From an uncultured Gammaproteobacteria bacterium (GTDB taxonomy: Bacteria > Patescibacteriota > Patescibacteriia > SG8-24 > DYFX01): a stretch of 45,893 bases of DNA. Each line of letters starts with the position of its first letter. Position 1 is the first letter of the stretch. The position numbers were made by a program, and so were the translations under genes. The notes under the pieces were generated by a model. It made no database searches and was not told where the DNA came from. It was given only the letters and a program-made list of their open reading frames with translations. Location of the stretch: positions 1 to 45,893 of the forward strand of contig CAYFZV010000001.1 of NCBI GenBank assembly GCA_964347735.1, in the 5' to 3' direction. Below are positions 41,743 to 45,893 of the stretch, piece by piece.

Positions 41743-43593
41743 ATGGAGGAAAAAAGCAAAAAAGCGAAGCAGGATCTCAGCCAAGAACTGAAGGAGATCT
41801 ACGCGGATCCCGACGGCGCGATGCCGGATTTCACGCGTCTCGACGGCAAGCAAAGCAGCCGCCTGCGCTCCGCGATTATCGGCGTTTCGCTCGGTTTGAT
41901 CGTGCTCGGCGCGGCCGCCTGGGGCGGCATCTATCTCTTCTCGCGCACGTCGGGATTCTCCGGCGAAGGCGTGGAGCTTTCCGTGAAGTCTGACGGCAGT
42001 CTGACGGCCGGTACGGAAGAAGAGATCGTTATCGGCTACCGTAACCGTGAGCGTATTCCGCTGGCGCGTGCTTCAGTCGAATTTAAGGCACCCGAAGGCT
42101 TCGAAGTCATCGGCACCGATCCTGTCTCACCTGACAAGAACGCGTGGACGATCGGCTCGATTCCCTCCGGTGGAAAAGGCGAAATCAAGATCCGCGGCTA
42201 CGTGCGGCGCGAGCTGAACGCCGCTCTCACCTTCCAAGCCGAGCTCGACTACAAGCCCGCCGACTTCAACGCCGATTTCCAAAAAGTCGCTTCGCACACC
42301 GTCGTCGTGCAGGATGCCGCCCTGACGCTTTCGGCCACCGGCACCGACGAAATGACGCCGGGCGACGATATTACCTATACGTTCAGGTACGAAAACCGTT
42401 CGGACAAGGCGCTCGAGGGCGTGCGCCTGCATATCGATCCGCTCGAAGGTTTCATCTTCGATTCTTCCAAACCCAAAAACGACGCCGATGTCGCGATGCA
42501 GTGGAGCTTTCCTAAAATCGAACCAAATGCCAAAGGCACGGTGACGGTGCGCGGTACATTCTCGGCAAGCTCGCGCGGACAGAAGACACTGCAGGCGCAT
42601 ATGGGTTTCGTCGGCGACAAGGGACTTGTCGAAGTCGCGAAAGCGGAGACGAGCACGAACGTCTTGAAGAGCAATTTGGACTTGGCGCTGCTCGTCAACG
42701 GCTCGGACAAGCCTCCGGTCGTCTCATTCGGTGACACGCTCTACTTCTCGGTGCGGTATGAGAATGCCGGCGACGTTTCGCTCAAAGACGTCACCGTGTC
42801 GGCCGCGTTGCCTTCGGAACCGGAAGGCAAAACGATTCTCGACTGGGTGTCGTTGAAGGATGATCTCGGCGGGAAACGCTCGGGCTCGACGATTTCTTGG
42901 ACCAAAAAAGAACTGCCCGCGCTGGCGCTCCTGTCGAAAGGCGACAAGGGCGAGATCGGCTTCTCGGTCCAGCTCATCCGCAAACCGATCGCGGACGCCA
43001 AGTCCTCGACGTATGCCGTGCACGCCATCGCCAGCGCCCTGATCGGCAGGGCGGGCAACATTCCCGGTTCTCGCCAGGTCGACACCGCACCGTTCGACAT
43101 CCGTTTGCAAAGCGACACCTCGTTCCAAGCCTACGCCCGCTACTTCGACGAGGACGGCACGCCGATCGGTTCCGGTCCGATCCCGCCTAAAGTTGGACAA
43201 CCGACCGTGTACCGCGTGACCTGGGTCGTCCAAAACGCGCTGCATGAGCTCACCGACCTCACGGCCACGACCCTCCTGCCGCAAGGCGTGAAATGGACAG
43301 GAGAGAACCGCACGATTGAAGCCGGCAGCCTGATCTTCGACGATTCCGGACGCAAAGCGACCTGGAGACTCAACCGCATGCCGACTTCCGTTAAGTCGGT
43401 CACTATCAGTTTCGATGTCGAGCTCACGCCGGAAGCTGAAGACGCGGGCAAGATCGTCGAGATCACTGGCGACAACCGTCTCGAAGCGTTCGATAAGGAC
43501 GTCGGTGCCGTGATATTGAAAACGGTCCCGTCGATTGGGACCGATCTCCTCGGAGACGAAAGTGCGTCGGGAAAAGGCGTCGTGCGGGAGTGA
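41743..43593 (+). CDS. membrane-anchored protein with repeated CARDB/DUF11-like beta-sandwich modules
   Basis: TM IIGVSLGLIVLGAAAWGGIYLF. Repeated modules: GTEEEIVIGYRNRERIPLARASVEF, GDDITYTFRYENRSDKALEGVRLHI, GDTLYFSVRYENAGDVSLKDVTVSA. Confidence 0.7.
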   Translation: MEEKSKKAKQDLSQELKEIYADPDGAMPDFTRLDGKQSSRLRSAIIGVSLGLIVLGAAAWGGIYLFSRTSGFSGEGVELSVKSDGSLTAGTEEEIVIGYRNRERIPLARASVEFKAPEGFEVIGTDPVSPDKNAWTIGSIPSGGKGEIKIRGYVRRELNAALTFQAELDYKPADFNADFQKVASHTVVVQDAALTLSATGTDEMTPGDDITYTFRYENRSDKALEGVRLHIDPLEGFIFDSSKPKNDADVAMQWSFPKIEPNAKGTVTVRGTFSASSRGQKTLQAHMGFVGDKGLVEVAKAETSTNVLKSNLDLALLVNGSDKPPVVSFGDTLYFSVRYENAGDVSLKDVTVSAALPSEPEGKTILDWVSLKDDLGGKRSGSTISWTKKELPALALLSKGDKGEIGFSVQLIRKPIADAKSSTYAVHAIASALIGRAGNIPGSRQVDTAPFDIRLQSDTSFQAYARYFDEDGTPIGSGPIPPKVGQPTVYRVTWVVQNALHELTDLTATTLLPQGVKWTGENRTIEAGSLIFDDSGRKATWRLNRMPTSVKSVTISFDVELTPEAEDAGKIVEITGDNRLEAFDKDVGAVILKTVPSIGTDLLGDESASGKGVVRE

Positions 43594-44124
43594 TCACTTC
43601 ACGACTTCATTGACGGAACGCACGCCAGGGAGCGCCGAAAGGCGCTTCTTTGTTTTTTCGAGTGGGGCTTCGGACCACACAGCGCCGTCATAGCGGTACA
43701 AGCCGTCAAAGCGCGGCACGAGCGTGACGTGCGCGGCCGCAAACGATTCCGTCATGGCCGCATCAGGCTCGCGATCAAGCACGATCATGAGGCGCGTCGC
43801 ATCCGCCAAGCGGCCGTCAGAAAGCCGCGCGTACCCTGCAGCCGGCGCGCACGCCGATCCGCAGGTCGCGATCCAAAACGGGCTGTGGCATTCGGGCGGA
43901 GCGCCGCGTTCATCCGGCGAACGGAGCGGTCGTGCTTCGCAGCCGACGGGACAGCGCGCGCCCTGCGCGGCCGAAATCTTTCGGCATTGACGTTCTTTCA
44001 TGTCGACCATCTCAACAGCCGAGTGCACCACGGTATTTTTCAAAGGCGAGCCGTCTGAAAGCACGCCAAAGCCGGCGACGAGGAACGTCGCGCCGAGCAG
44101 AAGTCGCGCAGGTGCGTTGCGCAT
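43594..44124 (-). CDS. hypothetical secreted Cys-containing protein (176 aa)
   Basis: Signal-like MRNAPARLLLGATFLVAGFGVL. Its stop abuts the convergent upstream stop with zero spacer. Confidence 0.55.
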   Translation of the reverse strand: MRNAPARLLLGATFLVAGFGVLSDGSPLKNTVVHSAVEMVDMKERQCRKISAAQGARCPVGCEARPLRSPDERGAPPECHSPFWIATCGSACAPAAGYARLSDGRLADATRLMIVLDREPDAAMTESFAAAHVTLVPRFDGLYRYDGAVWSEAPLEKTKKRLSALPGVRSVNEVVK

Positions 44125-44151
44125 ATGATGGAAAGATAAAGGATAATCGGT

Positions 44152-44185
44152 GCAAAAGCAAAGACGGCGGTGGTGCCGCCGTCTT
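44152..44185 (-). terminator. intrinsic terminator after tRNA-Arg
   Basis: aagacggcgg / ccgccgtctt stem. The minus-strand read is followed by tgcttttg. Confidence 0.7.
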
Positions 44186-44189
44186 TACA

Positions 44190-44266
44190 TGGTGCGACCG
44201 AGACGATTTGAACGTCTGGCCTCTTCCTTCGGAGGGAAGCGCTCTATCCAGCTGAGCTACGGTCGC
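44190..44266 (-). tRNA. tRNA-Arg, anticodon CCG, CCA encoded
   Basis: GCGACCG-UA-GCUC-AGCUGGAUA-GAGC-G-CUUCC-CUCCGAA-GGAAG-AGGCC-AGACG-UUCAAAU-CGUCU-CGGUCGC-A-CCA. Confidence 0.92.
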
Positions 44267-45240
44267 ATGCGTCGTGCGAGCCGGTAAACGGTATACCAAA
44301 AACGGTTGACGGGCAAGTCATACGTGCCCGGATAGCTGACGTACCGGCCGCCGAATCCCCGCTTGAACCTTGTGATGCCGGCCCAGGGGTGAGCTTCGGC
44401 GCCTTCGGGAGCGACGCCCCAAAAATCGTAGTGCGCGTACCCCCAGAATTTTGCGTCCTGCATCGCTTTCCAATGGAGCGCCTGCGGAGCCATCACCTCG
44501 CGACGATCGCGGCTCGAAGCGCCGTGCAGGTAGATCGCGGTCGTTCCGAAATACAACATCAGATTAGCCGCCAGGACCTTGCCGTCATGTTCGGCGAAAA
44601 CAAGCCGGGCGACAGGCCGGGTTTTACCGTCCGTCGCCGGATCCCCCGCGAGCGTTTCCAGCATGAGGCGGTAGTGTTCTTTGTCGTGGGCTGCGAAACG
44701 GTCGCGCTCCGTCGTTTCGGACAGGAGATCCCAGAAGATCTCGAGCGCGGAGGGATCGTGCGCTCCAGCCATATACACCTGCACCCCTTTGCGTTCAGCG
44801 AGGCGGATATTGTAGCGCCACTTTTCATGCATAGCGGCGAGCAACGCTTCCGTGTCTTGCCGAAGATCAACAACGAGCGTCTGCCCCGGCTGCACCTCGC
44901 GCGTTTTTTTTGCTGAAACAGCCGGTTTCGTTTGCGGTTCGAAGCGGAAAAAATCCGCATCGGCGGTTGCGCCCGCATCCAAAAGTTTTTGCATGGTGTC
45001 CTGACCGAGAGGTCCGCGCGGGCAATACCAGTACGCACGACCGAACGGCAACGAGCGTCTCACGAGCAACGCCAACGCACCTTCTCCGCGCCCTGCACCG
45101 TCCGGTGCCAGGGCACGCCAGCGCGCGATCTCCGCTCCGGTTTTTTCCTGGAACGTCCCCCATTCCCATGACTGCAAAAAGTCTCCGCCCAGGCGGAGGA
45201 CCTCCTCGTTCCAGTCTCGTTTTTCAGTAACGCGTTCCAT
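44257..45240 (-). CDS. FemAB-family peptidoglycan interpeptide-bridge aminoacyltransferase
   Basis: GGDFLQSWEWGTFQEKTG, LHGASS..REVMAPQALHWKAM, and GYAHYDFWGV are typical FemX/MurM-like strings. The last 10 nt overlap tRNA-Arg. Confidence 0.85.
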   Translation of the reverse strand: MERVTEKRDWNEEVLRLGGDFLQSWEWGTFQEKTGAEIARWRALAPDGAGRGEGALALLVRRSLPFGRAYWYCPRGPLGQDTMQKLLDAGATADADFFRFEPQTKPAVSAKKTREVQPGQTLVVDLRQDTEALLAAMHEKWRYNIRLAERKGVQVYMAGAHDPSALEIFWDLLSETTERDRFAAHDKEHYRLMLETLAGDPATDGKTRPVARLVFAEHDGKVLAANLMLYFGTTAIYLHGASSRDRREVMAPQALHWKAMQDAKFWGYAHYDFWGVAPEGAEAHPWAGITRFKRGFGGRYVSYPGTYDLPVNRFWYTVYRLARRMRP

Positions 45241-45788
45241 TATCTCGACAACATTCTAAGCGCCGTCTTGATGCGTTCTTCCGTCGTGCCGTCGAGATCT
45301 TTCACGATCTCGCGCGCTTTATGCCGCGCGTAGCCCAGGTTCTCGAGCGCCGATACGGCTTCATCGCCGCCCTCGCCCGGGTCGTCGTCGGTCACGAGCT
45401 TGCCCTTGAGTTCAAGAACAACGCGCTGCGCCGTCTTGCGACCGACGCCTTGCGCGCTCTCGAGATACGACACGTCCCCGCGCTCGACGGCGCCACGCAC
45501 GCTTTCGACCGTGCCGAGCGACAAGAGCTGCAGGCCCATCTTCGGACCGACCCCTGACACAGTGATCAATTTCCAGAATAGTTCGAGTTCCGCGACGGTC
45601 GCAAAACCGACGAGATCGTTTGCGTCCTCGCGGATGATCTGATGCGTGTACAAACGGGCTTCGCTCCCCTTTTCCAGTACGGCCAAAAGATGGGTCGGCA
45701 CCTTCACGAGATAGCCGATATCGCCGACGAGCAGAATGACGTGCTCGCGGCCTTTTTCCAGGACGGAGCCTTTGAGAAACGCGATCAT
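45240..45788 (-). CDS. ruvA: Holliday junction branch-migration complex subunit RuvA
   Basis: MIAFLKGSV, LFWKLITVSGVGPKMGLQLLS, AQGVGRKTAQRVVLELKGKL. Its stop overlaps the femAB-like start by 1 nt. Confidence 0.9.
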   Translation of the reverse strand: MIAFLKGSVLEKGREHVILLVGDIGYLVKVPTHLLAVLEKGSEARLYTHQIIREDANDLVGFATVAELELFWKLITVSGVGPKMGLQLLSLGTVESVRGAVERGDVSYLESAQGVGRKTAQRVVLELKGKLVTDDDPGEGGDEAVSALENLGYARHKAREIVKDLDGTTEERIKTALRMLSR

Positions 45789-45893
45789 GGCTCCAGTCTA
45801 CCGCCCGATTTGCGCGTTGACAACCTTGCATCCGAACAGCTTCTTTTACCTAAAAACATATGCTACGCTCCTCCCATATGAGCGACTCGAAAC

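Noticed and set aside
45789-45893. Possible gene start (ATG at 45879) at the right window edge
   Set aside because: Only five codons are visible and there is no SD or convincing promoter. It cannot be supported.
1-45893. CRISPR arrays, rRNA genes, IS elements, DGR template/variable repeats
   Set aside because: Reading the sequence showed no regularly spaced direct repeats, no rRNA signatures, no transposase or reverse-transcriptase ORFs, and no long near-identical repeat pairs.

Overview
About 46 kb of high-GC bacterial chromosome, roughly 60 % GC from hand counts of sample lines. All calls come from reading the sequence and ORF track by eye. No searches were run, and RNA and signal ends are accurate to a few nt. 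The gene content resembles Patescibacteria/CPR-type genomes, which is an inference: archaeal-type cmk between rluD and rplS, a VirB2/TrbC-like pilin, DUF4012, FemAB, an orphan membrane-anchored family-5 solute-binding protein, RNase J, and no outer-membrane genes. Housekeeping genes are valS (5' part, open at the window edge and absent from the track), rluD, cmk, rplS, uvrA, secG, rnj, trpS, tdk, ruvA and a FemAB-family gene. RNA genes not in the track are tRNA-Val(GAC), tRNA-Ile(UAU), tRNA-Leu(CAG), tRNA-Arg(CCG) and a long type-A RNase P RNA (about 31432-31910). Accessory content: (1) A 7.1-kb segment bounded by an exact 23-nt direct repeat of the tRNA-Val 3' end (4715-4737 and 11796-11818). 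It carries only a four-gene metal-efflux-like operon (small His-rich protein, tandem-domain lipoprotein, very long adaptor, CusA/CzcA-like RND pump) and no integrase. (2) A 3.7-kb islet of small ORFans (13085-16727) around the unusual tRNA-Ile(UAU). It includes an ASCH-RNAP alpha-CTD-like fusion and a stand-alone CHC2 zinc finger. (3) A DsbA-like oxidoreductase translationally coupled to a pilin-like protein with a low-GC, 18-cysteine C-terminal domain. (4) A surface-glycan cluster (33771-43593). Many genes have a -10 hexamer 6-8 nt before the ATG, a leaderless-type layout. Most long ORFs antisense to these genes are high-GC shadows and were rejected. No CRISPR array, rRNA, transposase or integrase was seen.
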